A DNA stretch of 64,000 nucleotides from Coraliomargarita sp. (GTDB lineage Bacteria > Verrucomicrobiota > Verrucomicrobiia > Opitutales > UBA953). Position 1 is the first letter of the stretch; every line of letters begins with the position of its first letter. This document shows positions 38,590 through 49,402 of this stretch, in pieces. The notes beneath the pieces are model-generated. The model was not told the DNA's origin. It saw nothing but the letters and a program-made list of their open reading frames with translations, and did not search any database. The translations under genes were made by a program, and so were the position numbers. The stretch covers positions 5,966-69,965 of the forward strand of contig JAHEJL010000009.1 in the NCBI GenBank assembly GCA_024638885.1, written 5' to 3'.

Positions 38590-38624
38590 TTGACAGTGAA
38601 CAAGTTTTCATCGAACATGCGTTC
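38590..38624 (+). promoter_or_regulatory. lexA promoter/operator: TTGACA -35 plus two GAAC-N4-(G/T)TTC SOS-type boxes
   Basis: TTGACA at 38590-38595, GAACAAGTTTTC at 38598-38609, and GAACATGCGTTC at 38613-38624 (a perfect GAAC/GTTC palindrome of Cheo-box type CGAAC-N4-GTTCG). The last box ends 3 nt before the lexA ATG. Confidence 0.65.
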
Positions 38625-38627
38625 ACT

Positions 38628-39287
38628 ATGGAAGAACTGACCAAGAAGCAGCGGGCCATCCTGGACTACATGAAGGCCCACGTCTCCGAGCACTCCTACT
38701 GGCCGAGCATCCGCGACATCCAGGCCAAGTTCCGCTTCGCGTCCACCAACGCCGTCTTCGGCCACCTCCAGGCCCTGGAGCGCAAAGGCGTCCTCCAGCG
38801 CATCCCCGGCGCCGCCCGCGCCTACAAGATCGTCCCCGAAGTCCTCGGCGACACCTCCGAGACCGTCATCCGCTACGAAGGTCCCGGCGACGACGCCATC
38901 GCTTTCGAGAACGTGAAGTTCGCCGGCTCCATCGCCGCCGGTTTCCCCGACTACACCGAGTCCTCCGGCGTCCTCGACTCACTGCAGGTCCCCCTCTCCC
39001 CCAGCTCGCGCCGTCGCGCCCCCGAAGCCTTCGCCCTGCGCGTGCGCGGTGATTCGATGATCGACGCCGACATCAACGACGGCGACACGGTCATCGTCGA
39101 ACCCGGCACCCCGAAGCATGGCGACATCGTCGCCGCGCTCATCGACGGCGAGACGACCCTCAAGCGCCTCATCAAGCAGGGCTCGAAGGTCTACCTCAAG
39201 GCCGAGAACCAGAATTACCCCGACCTCATCCCGACGACTTCCCTCACGATCCAGGGGATCGCGAAGTCGGTGATGAAGCGGATCTGA
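38628..39287 (+). CDS. lexA: LexA repressor
   Basis: N-terminal wHTH (PSIRDIQAKFRFASTNAVFGHLQALERKG), cleavage region SIAAGFP, S24 peptidase core RVRGDSMIDADINDGD ... TLKRL (Ser/Lys dyad). ATG 38628 chosen within the listed ORF. Confidence 0.9.
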   Translation: MEELTKKQRAILDYMKAHVSEHSYWPSIRDIQAKFRFASTNAVFGHLQALERKGVLQRIPGAARAYKIVPEVLGDTSETVIRYEGPGDDAIAFENVKFAGSIAAGFPDYTESSGVLDSLQVPLSPSSRRRAPEAFALRVRGDSMIDADINDGDTVIVEPGTPKHGDIVAALIDGETTLKRLIKQGSKVYLKAENQNYPDLIPTTSLTIQGIAKSVMKRI

Positions 39288-39303
39288 AGCGGCGCCCTGC
39301 CCT

Positions 39304-40263
39304 TCAGAGCGACCAAGCCTTGAGCTGGGCGTCGATCACGGCGCCCATCACTTCATACCCCTTGTTCGTGGGGTGCAGGTAGTCGTTCATGGTTTCCTTC
39401 AGGATGGTGCCGTCGGCTTCGACGAGCTTGTCCGTAAGGTCCAGGTAGGCGTCGGCGATCTGCGGCGCCTGGGCCTTGAGCAGTTGGTTGGTGTCCGTCA
39501 CGCGCTGGCGCGTGGCGTCCGGCTTGGCCTGCCGGGGCAGGATGGCCAGCAACAGGATCTTGGCCTGCGGGGCCTGGCGACGGAGTTCGCGGCAGACTTC
39601 GGCCACGCCTTCCGCGGTGTCGGCGACCGTGTTGATGCCGGAAAGGTTATTGGTGCCGATGAGCACGACGAAGGCCTTCGGCTTGAGGCCGGCGATCTCG
39701 TCGTGACGCAGGCGCCAGAGCACGTTCTCCGTACGATCCCAGCCATAGCCGAGGTTGATCGGGTGGTGCGGAGCGATCCACTTCTCCCACGACTCCTTGC
39801 CGGCGACGCGCTTGGCCTTCGGCTCACCGGACCAGAAGTGGGTGATCGAATCGCCAAGGAAGACCACGTCGGCGCGCATCGCGCCCGGCTGGTTCAGGGC
39901 GAGGATCTCCCGATGACGGACCACCCAATCGTAGGACTTCCAATCGCGGTTCTGCGTAAGCGGCAGGAGCGCGCTGTTCTTCGGACCGGCGGAGCCGTCG
40001 AACTGGACCGGCAGCGTGCTCACCTTACCGACGACCTTGTTGCCCTCGAAAGCCGCGGCCTTGACCGTGCCGCCCTCCGGCAGCTCGATCGGCGCCAGGT
40101 AGACGCCCGCCGAGAAATCCGGGTCCTTGCCGTTCAACGTATAGCGGACGACCTCCGCCGGAGCGGACGTCGTGACCGTGACGGTCCGCTTGACGGGGTC
40201 GAGGGACAGTTCGAAGGCCGAGGCGGTGGCCACGAGACCGAGGAAGGCGCAGAGGAGACGCAT
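39304..40263 (-). CDS. Secreted SGNH/GDSL hydrolase with an N-terminal beta-sandwich domain
   Basis: Signal peptide. VVFLGDSITHFW (block I), LIGTNNL (block III), DYLHPT (block V). An N-terminal ~90-aa Ig-like segment precedes these. Confidence 0.75.
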   Translation of the reverse strand: MRLLCAFLGLVATASAFELSLDPVKRTVTVTTSAPAEVVRYTLNGKDPDFSAGVYLAPIELPEGGTVKAAAFEGNKVVGKVSTLPVQFDGSAGPKNSALLPLTQNRDWKSYDWVVRHREILALNQPGAMRADVVFLGDSITHFWSGEPKAKRVAGKESWEKWIAPHHPINLGYGWDRTENVLWRLRHDEIAGLKPKAFVVLIGTNNLSGINTVADTAEGVAEVCRELRRQAPQAKILLLAILPRQAKPDATRQRVTDTNQLLKAQAPQIADAYLDLTDKLVEADGTILKETMNDYLHPTNKGYEVMGAVIDAQLKAWSL

Positions 40264-40314
40264 GGTGGGGTGACCAAGCCCTAACGGGCCTGAACCGCGC
40301 AGGCAAGGGCCGGG

Positions 40315-41406
40315 TTACTTGGCTTTGCTGACAGGACCGACCGTCTTCCCGCGCACATAGGTGGCGATCGTCTCGCGCGTGATGCGCTCCGAACGGTTTT
40401 CGCCGAACTCGAACCAGCCGAGCACCAGCGAGATGATCGACTCCTTGCTGATCTTGAAGTGGGCCGGCTGACGCTTCTGCATCAGGTCGTAAGGGCCGGA
40501 AAGCAGCAGCACGAGAGAGACATCGGTCGGCACCTTGATCTCGAGCATCTCCAGGCAGGCGGAAGCGATCACGAGGTCCTCGGGGCGGGGCAAAGCGAAA
40601 GCCGTCACGCCCTCTTGGAGCGCCTGAGAAATCGCCGCCCTCATGGAAGCAAGGGACAGCTCTTCGGCGTTCACGACCTCCGCCTCGGCACCGCGAGCGA
40701 GCGCGAATTCCTTCAACCGGCGCTTCTCTTCGGAGACCTGAGGGCGCCCCAGCATCAGCAGGCGGAACTTGCGGTGCCCCAGCTGCATCAGGTCATCGAA
40801 CGCGGCCGAGGCGAGCAAGCCCATGTCCGCCGCCAGCTTGACGGCCTTGCGGGAGTCGGCACCGCCGCCCAAGACGGCGAGTTTGACCGGACGACGGCTC
40901 ACCTGCTCGTAGACTTCTTCGTCGCAATAGAGCAGCAGGACGTGGCTCGGCTTATGCTCGAGCAAGGCCGCCTTGACGGCCTCAGCCTTGGCCTTGCCGG
41001 AAAGTCCGCCGAGGGTGACGGTGACGCAGCCGCCGCCGTTGGCACGCGAAGCCTGCTGGACGTCGTGCGTCGCCATCATGAGCGTCGAGCTGACTTCCGA
41101 GGGATCGGCGCCGACGAAGATCAGCGGACGACAGCACGGCACGCCGCGCAACTGGCAGCCACAAGGCTCCTTGCTCACCGGCTTCTCGGCGATCGCCAGA
41201 CGACGACGCGGCCCGCGATTCACCAGGACACCTTGCTTGACGAGCAACGTGACCCCTTTGTGGATGGAAACCGGGTTGAGATCGTAACGGACGACCAATT
41301 CACGGACCGAGGGAAGGAGCGACCCGAACTTTCCCTGCAAGATATCGCTCAATAGCTTTTCAGCAAATTGTTTGGGGATGGTTTTTTTCGCGAAAGGGGC
41401 CGACAT
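40315..41406 (-). CDS. GntR-type wHTH transcriptional regulator with a periplasmic-binding-protein-like (LacI-type) effector domain
   Basis: LPSVRELVVRYDLNPVSIHKGVTLLVKQGVLV (GntR HTH), a Cys-rich linker CGCQLRGVPCC, and a C-terminal sugar-binding-like fold. ATG 41406 preferred over 41433. Confidence 0.6.
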   Translation of the reverse strand: MSAPFAKKTIPKQFAEKLLSDILQGKFGSLLPSVRELVVRYDLNPVSIHKGVTLLVKQGVLVNRGPRRRLAIAEKPVSKEPCGCQLRGVPCCRPLIFVGADPSEVSSTLMMATHDVQQASRANGGGCVTVTLGGLSGKAKAEAVKAALLEHKPSHVLLLYCDEEVYEQVSRRPVKLAVLGGGADSRKAVKLAADMGLLASAAFDDLMQLGHRKFRLLMLGRPQVSEEKRRLKEFALARGAEAEVVNAEELSLASMRAAISQALQEGVTAFALPRPEDLVIASACLEMLEIKVPTDVSLVLLLSGPYDLMQKRQPAHFKISKESIISLVLGWFEFGENRSERITRETIATYVRGKTVGPVSKAK

Positions 41407-41470
41407 CCGGGCCCGCAACCTAACCAGCATCAAAGACTAACAGAAGTCCTTATCTGTTTAATAAAAGTAA

Positions 41471-42277
41471 TCAAATAACGGTGTGCCTAAAAACAAGCAG
41501 GACATCGGAATACTCCAGATCGAGCTTCCGGGTCGAATTCAGGTCGTAATGGAAGTCGTGACAGGCGACCAACCGGAGCGACGGCACCTTGGCGATCAAG
41601 GCCTTCAGTTCGGCAGGCGAGTAGGTGCGGAATTCCCAAAGGGTCTCCTCGACGCGGGTCTTGCCCTGCTCGGTGATGCGCATGCGAGTGCGCATGGCTT
41701 CGGTCCGCGTCTTCCGATCCGCCGGGGCGGACCAGGTATCGCTGACGACGCGGATGCCGGGCTTACGGCCGATCCAGCGTTCATGGTCGGGCGGGCTGTT
41801 CTGGTAGTCGGTAAGGTGGAGTCCGAGCAGCAGCAAGCCGCCGGGACGGAGCGCGGCGGCCATGCGACGAAGGGAGCTCACCGCGCCGGCTTCGGTGTCG
41901 ACGTACTTGAACGTGCTGACAAAGCAGTGGGCGACGTCGTAGCAAGCACCCCGGGGGACCTTGAAATCCTGGAGACGATCGCGCCACACCCTGCCCTTCA
42001 GGCCCTTGGCCTTGAGGCGTTGCTTGGCGAAGGCGATCTGGTGCTTGTTGAGGTCGAAGCCATGGACGACATGGCCGCGGGCGGCGAGCGACTCCAGCAG
42101 ACGTCCGGAACCGCAAGCCGGCTCGAACACGCGCATCGGGCCGTCCAGCTTCGGCCCGTGCTTCTTCATGATACCCTCGATGAAGCGCGTCTCCTTCTTC
42201 GTATAATCCGCATACACCATGTCGTAATACAACGGCGAGTCGTACCACGCGGTGGAGGATTGTTTCGAGGAAGACAA
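41471..42277 (-). CDS. Class I SAM-dependent methyltransferase (start uncertain: TTG 42277 preferred, listed TTG 42376 possible)
   Basis: VFEPACGSGRLLESLAARG (motif I) and LRPGGLLLLGLH. Codon usage is visibly richer in A/T-ending codons than in neighbours. The listed N-terminal 33 aa are encoded by the inverted-repeat element. Confidence 0.65.
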   Translation of the reverse strand: MSSSKQSSTAWYDSPLYYDMVYADYTKKETRFIEGIMKKHGPKLDGPMRVFEPACGSGRLLESLAARGHVVHGFDLNKHQIAFAKQRLKAKGLKGRVWRDRLQDFKVPRGACYDVAHCFVSTFKYVDTEAGAVSSLRRMAAALRPGGLLLLGLHLTDYQNSPPDHERWIGRKPGIRVVSDTWSAPADRKTRTEAMRTRMRITEQGKTRVEETLWEFRTYSPAELKALIAKVPSLRLVACHDFHYDLNSTRKLDLEYSDVLLVFRHTVI

Positions 42278-42278
42278 A

Positions 42279-42394
42279 GCGGTTGGCGGCAGGTGGTTAG
42301 CGGATGGAAAAGACAAAACAGGAGAGAGGCGGCTATCGGCAAGAGACGGGGTCAGGTTTTCAGACCTAACCGCCAACCGCTTACCGCTAACCGC
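42279..42394. repeat. Imperfect 25-bp inverted repeat (GCGGTTGGCGGCAGGTGGTTAGCGG ... CCGCCAACCGCTTACCGCTAACCGC) flanking a 66-bp spacer
   Basis: The arms at 42279-42303 and 42370-42394 are complementary at 20 of 25 positions by hand alignment. The right arm shares GACCTAACCGCC and ACCGCTAACCGCTTA with 33344-33390. Confidence 0.65.
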
Positions 42395-42403
42395 TTAAAC
42401 CCG

Positions 42404-44483
<2,080 letters not shown>

Positions 44484-44564
44484 CTAGGAAGGAACGCCCT
44501 CATGAAGGACAGCCCGGGCGGAGACGCAAGAGGCAAGCGACCCCTGCCCCGCCCCGGCCCTCCC

Positions 44565-44596
44565 CAAATAAAGGGGCCCGACACACGTCGGGCCCT
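44565..44596 (-). terminator. Intrinsic terminator of dnaA
   Basis: Perfect 9-bp stem GGGCCCGAC-(4 nt loop)-GTCGGGCCC at 44574-44595, followed on the minus strand by CTTTATTTGG. Confidence 0.75.
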
Positions 44597-44621
44597 GGTT
44601 GGCATCACTGACAACCGTGAA

Positions 44622-45986
<1,365 letters not shown>

Positions 45987-46384
45987 GAGAAAGGGGGAGG
46001 GTTGAGAAAGGTTGTTCACAGGCTCTTTGGAAGCCCGAAAGTGAGGTATTTTTGTAAAACGGATGTTAATGAAACGACCTTGGGGTTTTAACTGCTTCTG
46101 TGCCAAATCGGCGTCAGGCGGAACAGTCACTGTAAGTCGTTGATGAAAGGATGTTTGGGCGGTTTAAAATTGGTTTCCTCCGTTTAGTATCCGGCGGAGG
46201 GGCCGGTGACGATCCGAGGGGTGCGAATCGGTGGGCATTTGTGAACGCGCGGAGACGAGGGACAAGAGCAAGCCCTGCACAGGTTATTAACAGTCCCCCT
46301 GTAGATAAGAAAGTGAGGTTTCTGTTGCACGTCCGTCACACCGCCACCGTTCCCCTGTGAATAGGGGTTATTCTTTATTCACAG
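45987..46384. other. Candidate oriC / dnaA promoter region with DnaA-box-like 9-mers and A/T-rich tracts
   Basis: Matches to TTATNCACA or near-matches: TTGTTCACA 46012-46020, TTATTAACA 46284-46292, TGTAGATAA 46300-46308, TGTGAATAG 46356-46364, TTATTCACA 46375-46383. A/T-rich stretches lie at ~46041-46076 and ~46161-46178. This is the least G+C-rich intergenic stretch I noticed in the window. Confidence 0.55.
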
Positions 46385-47378
46385 CTTCGGCGAGGTGTTC
46401 GTCCCGCAGCCGTCGCAGGTCGTCCAACGTCAGGCAATGACGTAGCCGGTCGCGCAGCTTGCGCGAGCCAGGCAGCCCGTGGGTCAGCGGATGCATGCGA
46501 TCGAGCATCCAACGCACGTCGCGCGAGCCGAGACGCGAAGCGTGCACCTCGATCGTGAGCTCCGCCAGGCGGATCATGCAGTCCCAGCGCTGTTGCATGC
46601 CGATTTCGAGGGACTCCCCCGCCCTGCCCGCCATCGCGGCCTTGATCTGGGCGAAAACCCACGGGTTCCCGAGCGCCGCGCGGCCGATCATCAGGCCGGA
46701 GACCCCGGTCTCGCTGCGGCGGAGCATCGCCGAGGCGCCATCCTTCACATCGCCGTTACCGATGACAGGGATGTCGACGGCGGCCGCGACCTTGGCGATC
46801 CAGCCCCAATGGGCTTCCCCGGAGTAACCTTGCTCCTTGGTGCGGCCATGGACCGCGAGGGCTTCGACGCCGAGTTCCTGCAGGCGACCGGCGACTTCGA
46901 CGGCCACGATGGTGGAATGATCCCAGCCGAGGCGCATCTTGGCCGTCAGCGGGACGTCCGGGATGGCGTCCTTCACCGACTTCACGAGGTCATAGAGCAA
47001 CGGCGTGCACCGGAGCAGCCCGGAGCCGGCGTTCTGCTCGATGACCTTATGCGCGGGGCAGCCGAAGTTGAGGTCCAGGAAGTCGGGCTTCACGCGATCG
47101 CAGACCAGCCGCGCGGCCTTGGCCATCGACGACGGGGTGGCCCCGAAGATCTGCACGCCCATCGGGCGCTGGCCTTCGGTGAAGTCGACCATCTCCCAGG
47201 CTTTGACGTTGTCGCGGATCAGCGCCTCGGACTGCACGAACTCGGTGACCATCACGTCGGCCCCCTGCTCCTTGCAAAGCTGGCGGAAAGCCACGTCGGT
47301 GTGACGGGCCATCGGCGCGAGGTAGAGCGGGAACTTGCCGGGCCCGAACCACGGCAGGCGTGGCGCGACCTTGCTCAC
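46368..47378 (-). CDS. dus: tRNA-dihydrouridine synthase
   Basis: LAPMARHTDVAFR, DLNFGCP and HGRT blocks of the Dus family. 336 aa. Confidence 0.9.
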   Translation of the reverse strand: MSKVAPRLPWFGPGKFPLYLAPMARHTDVAFRQLCKEQGADVMVTEFVQSEALIRDNVKAWEMVDFTEGQRPMGVQIFGATPSSMAKAARLVCDRVKPDFLDLNFGCPAHKVIEQNAGSGLLRCTPLLYDLVKSVKDAIPDVPLTAKMRLGWDHSTIVAVEVAGRLQELGVEALAVHGRTKEQGYSGEAHWGWIAKVAAAVDIPVIGNGDVKDGASAMLRRSETGVSGLMIGRAALGNPWVFAQIKAAMAGRAGESLEIGMQQRWDCMIRLAELTIEVHASRLGSRDVRWMLDRMHPLTHGLPGSRKLRDRLRHCLTLDDLRRLRDEHLAEAVNKE

Positions 47379-48733
47379 GGGCGACCGTCCTTCTTCTTCA
47401 GCGCGGCCTTGAGCTCACGCCAGCGGGCGAGGCGTTCCGCGATCTGCGGCTCCGCGCCGGCGTCACCGGGGTGGTAGAGCGACAGCGGACGGCTGAGGTA
47501 ATCCTGGCCGCTGACGGCTTCGGGATAGTCGTGACTGTAACGATAGGTGCCGCCGTGACCAAGGCTCTTGTTGACGCTGTTATGGGCGTCCTTGAGGTGC
47601 AGCGGCACTTCCTGACGCGGCAGGTTGCGCACGGCATCCTTGGCCGCCGAGATCGCCAAGGTGGTGCTGTTGCTCTTCGGCGAGAGGGCCAGGAAGAGCG
47701 TGGCATGGGCGAGCGCGTATTCGCACTCGGGCATGCCGACCATCTCGCAGGCCTGGAAGGCGGCGGTGGCCACGCCGAGGGCGCGGGAGTCGGCCAGGCC
47801 GACGTCCTCGGAGGCGCAGATGACGAGGCGACGGGCGATGAAGCGGGGCTCCTCCCCGCCTTCGAGCATCAGGAACAACCAGTAGAGGGCCGCGTCGGGA
47901 TCGCCGCCGCGCACGGACTTGATGAAAGCCGAAGCGGTGTCGTAGTGGTCGTCGCCGCCGTCGTCATAACGGATGCGCCGTTCACGGGCGAAGGAGGCCA
48001 CGGCCTCGTCGGTCACGGTGCCCAGCGCCGGGGCGGACAGCACGAGGGTCTCGAGGCAGTTCAGGGCGCGACGCAGGTCTCCGGACGCCATCTCGGCGAC
48101 CTGCTGGAGGACCTTCTCGGAAGCCTTGATGCCCAAGGCGCCCAGGCCGCGCTCCTTATCCGCCAAGGCGGAGCCGAGGAACGTGGCGATCTCCGGAGGG
48201 GAAAGCGGATCGAGGCGGAAGAGATGGCTGCGGCTGAGCAGCGCCGGCACGACGTACAGTCCGGGGTTGTGGGTGGTGCAACCGATGAGCCGCACGACGC
48301 CGGCTTCTACGTCGGGCAGCAGCAGGTCCTGCTGCGCCTTGTTGAAGCGATGGATCTCGTCGACGACCAGGACCGTCTTGCGCGAAGGCTGGCGACGGGC
48401 GTCGGCGAGGATCTCGCGGAGCTCAGGCGTACCCGAGAGCACGGCGTTGACGCGCACGACGTGCGACTGCGTCTCGGCGGCGATGACCTCGGCCAAGGTG
48501 GTCTTGCCGCAGCCGGGCGGACCGTAGAAGAGCAATGAGCCGAAGTTATCGGCCTTGATCAGGCGCGGCAGCAAGGCGTCCGGACCGAGCAGGCCGGCGT
48601 GACCGACGACTTCCGCGAGGTTGCGCGGACGCATCCGCGAGGCCAGCGGACGTCGACGCTCCGGGATAGGATCAGGCACCCCCTGGCCGAGGCCAGGCAG
48701 GGCGTCATCCGACCCAAGGCGCCGTTCAGCCAC
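47375..48733 (-). CDS. rarA: Replication-associated recombination protein A (AAA+ ATPase)
   Basis: LLFYGPPGCGKTTLA, VLVVDEIHRFNK and the C-terminal MgsA domain. The stop overlaps the dus start. Confidence 0.9.
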   Translation of the reverse strand: MAERRLGSDDALPGLGQGVPDPIPERRRPLASRMRPRNLAEVVGHAGLLGPDALLPRLIKADNFGSLLFYGPPGCGKTTLAEVIAAETQSHVVRVNAVLSGTPELREILADARRQPSRKTVLVVDEIHRFNKAQQDLLLPDVEAGVVRLIGCTTHNPGLYVVPALLSRSHLFRLDPLSPPEIATFLGSALADKERGLGALGIKASEKVLQQVAEMASGDLRRALNCLETLVLSAPALGTVTDEAVASFARERRIRYDDGGDDHYDTASAFIKSVRGGDPDAALYWLFLMLEGGEEPRFIARRLVICASEDVGLADSRALGVATAAFQACEMVGMPECEYALAHATLFLALSPKSNSTTLAISAAKDAVRNLPRQEVPLHLKDAHNSVNKSLGHGGTYRYSHDYPEAVSGQDYLSRPLSLYHPGDAGAEPQIAERLARWRELKAALKKKDGRP

Positions 48734-48736
48734 GTC

Positions 48737-49348
48737 TTACTTCTCTTCCGCGAAGGGCACCAGGTGGCAGTACGGCTTCTTGCCGCGCAACTGGTAATAC
48801 TTCTGGTGATACTCCTCGGCGCGCCAGAACTTCGGGGCGGGCTCGATCTGCGTGGCGATGGGGCGGGCGTAGATCTTGGCGAGGGTCAGGCCGACCTTCA
48901 CGTCGTCGGCGATCTTCTTCTGTTCGGCGGAGTGCGTGAAGATGACCGAGCGATACTGGTCGCCGATGTCCGGGCCCTGGCGGTTCACCTGGGTGGGGTC
49001 GTGCATCTTGAAGAAATACTCGACCAAGGTGCGGTAGCTGACCTTGGCAGGATCGAAGGTCACCTCGATGACTTCGGCATGGCCGGAGGTGTGCGAGCAG
49101 ACGTCCTCGTAGGTCGGGTTGTCGATCTTGCCGCCGGCGTAGCCGCAGACCGCGGACAGGACGCCCGGGATCTTGGCATATTGGTATTCGACGCCCCAGA
49201 AACAGCCGGCCCCGAAGGTGGCTTTCTCGAGCTTAGGAGGAGTGTTCATGGTCTTTTCGGCGGAAGGCTTGGGGTCGGCGGCCAGGAGGAGACCGCAGGT
49301 GGCGCAGGCGAGGAGCCCGGACTTGATCAGGGTAAGCAGCTTGTTCAT
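48737..49348 (-). CDS. msrA: Peptide-methionine (S)-S-oxide reductase, exported/lipoprotein form
   Basis: FGAGCFWGVE active site. N-terminal signal with a possible lipobox LLAC. Confidence 0.9.
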   Translation of the reverse strand: MNKLLTLIKSGLLACATCGLLLAADPKPSAEKTMNTPPKLEKATFGAGCFWGVEYQYAKIPGVLSAVCGYAGGKIDNPTYEDVCSHTSGHAEVIEVTFDPAKVSYRTLVEYFFKMHDPTQVNRQGPDIGDQYRSVIFTHSAEQKKIADDVKVGLTLAKIYARPIATQIEPAPKFWRAEEYHQKYYQLRGKKPYCHLVPFAEEK

Positions 49349-49402
49349 GGCGGGACGCCCCTACTTTGGGAGATTCCCCGCCCGAAGCAAGGTGGGACGA
49401 AC

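Noticed and set aside
46151-46360. 69-aa ORF inside the dnaA-dus spacer (I also looked here for rpmH)
   Set aside because: It has no coding-type GC3 bias and does not resemble L34 (MKRTxQP...). The region is better explained as oriC and promoter DNA.
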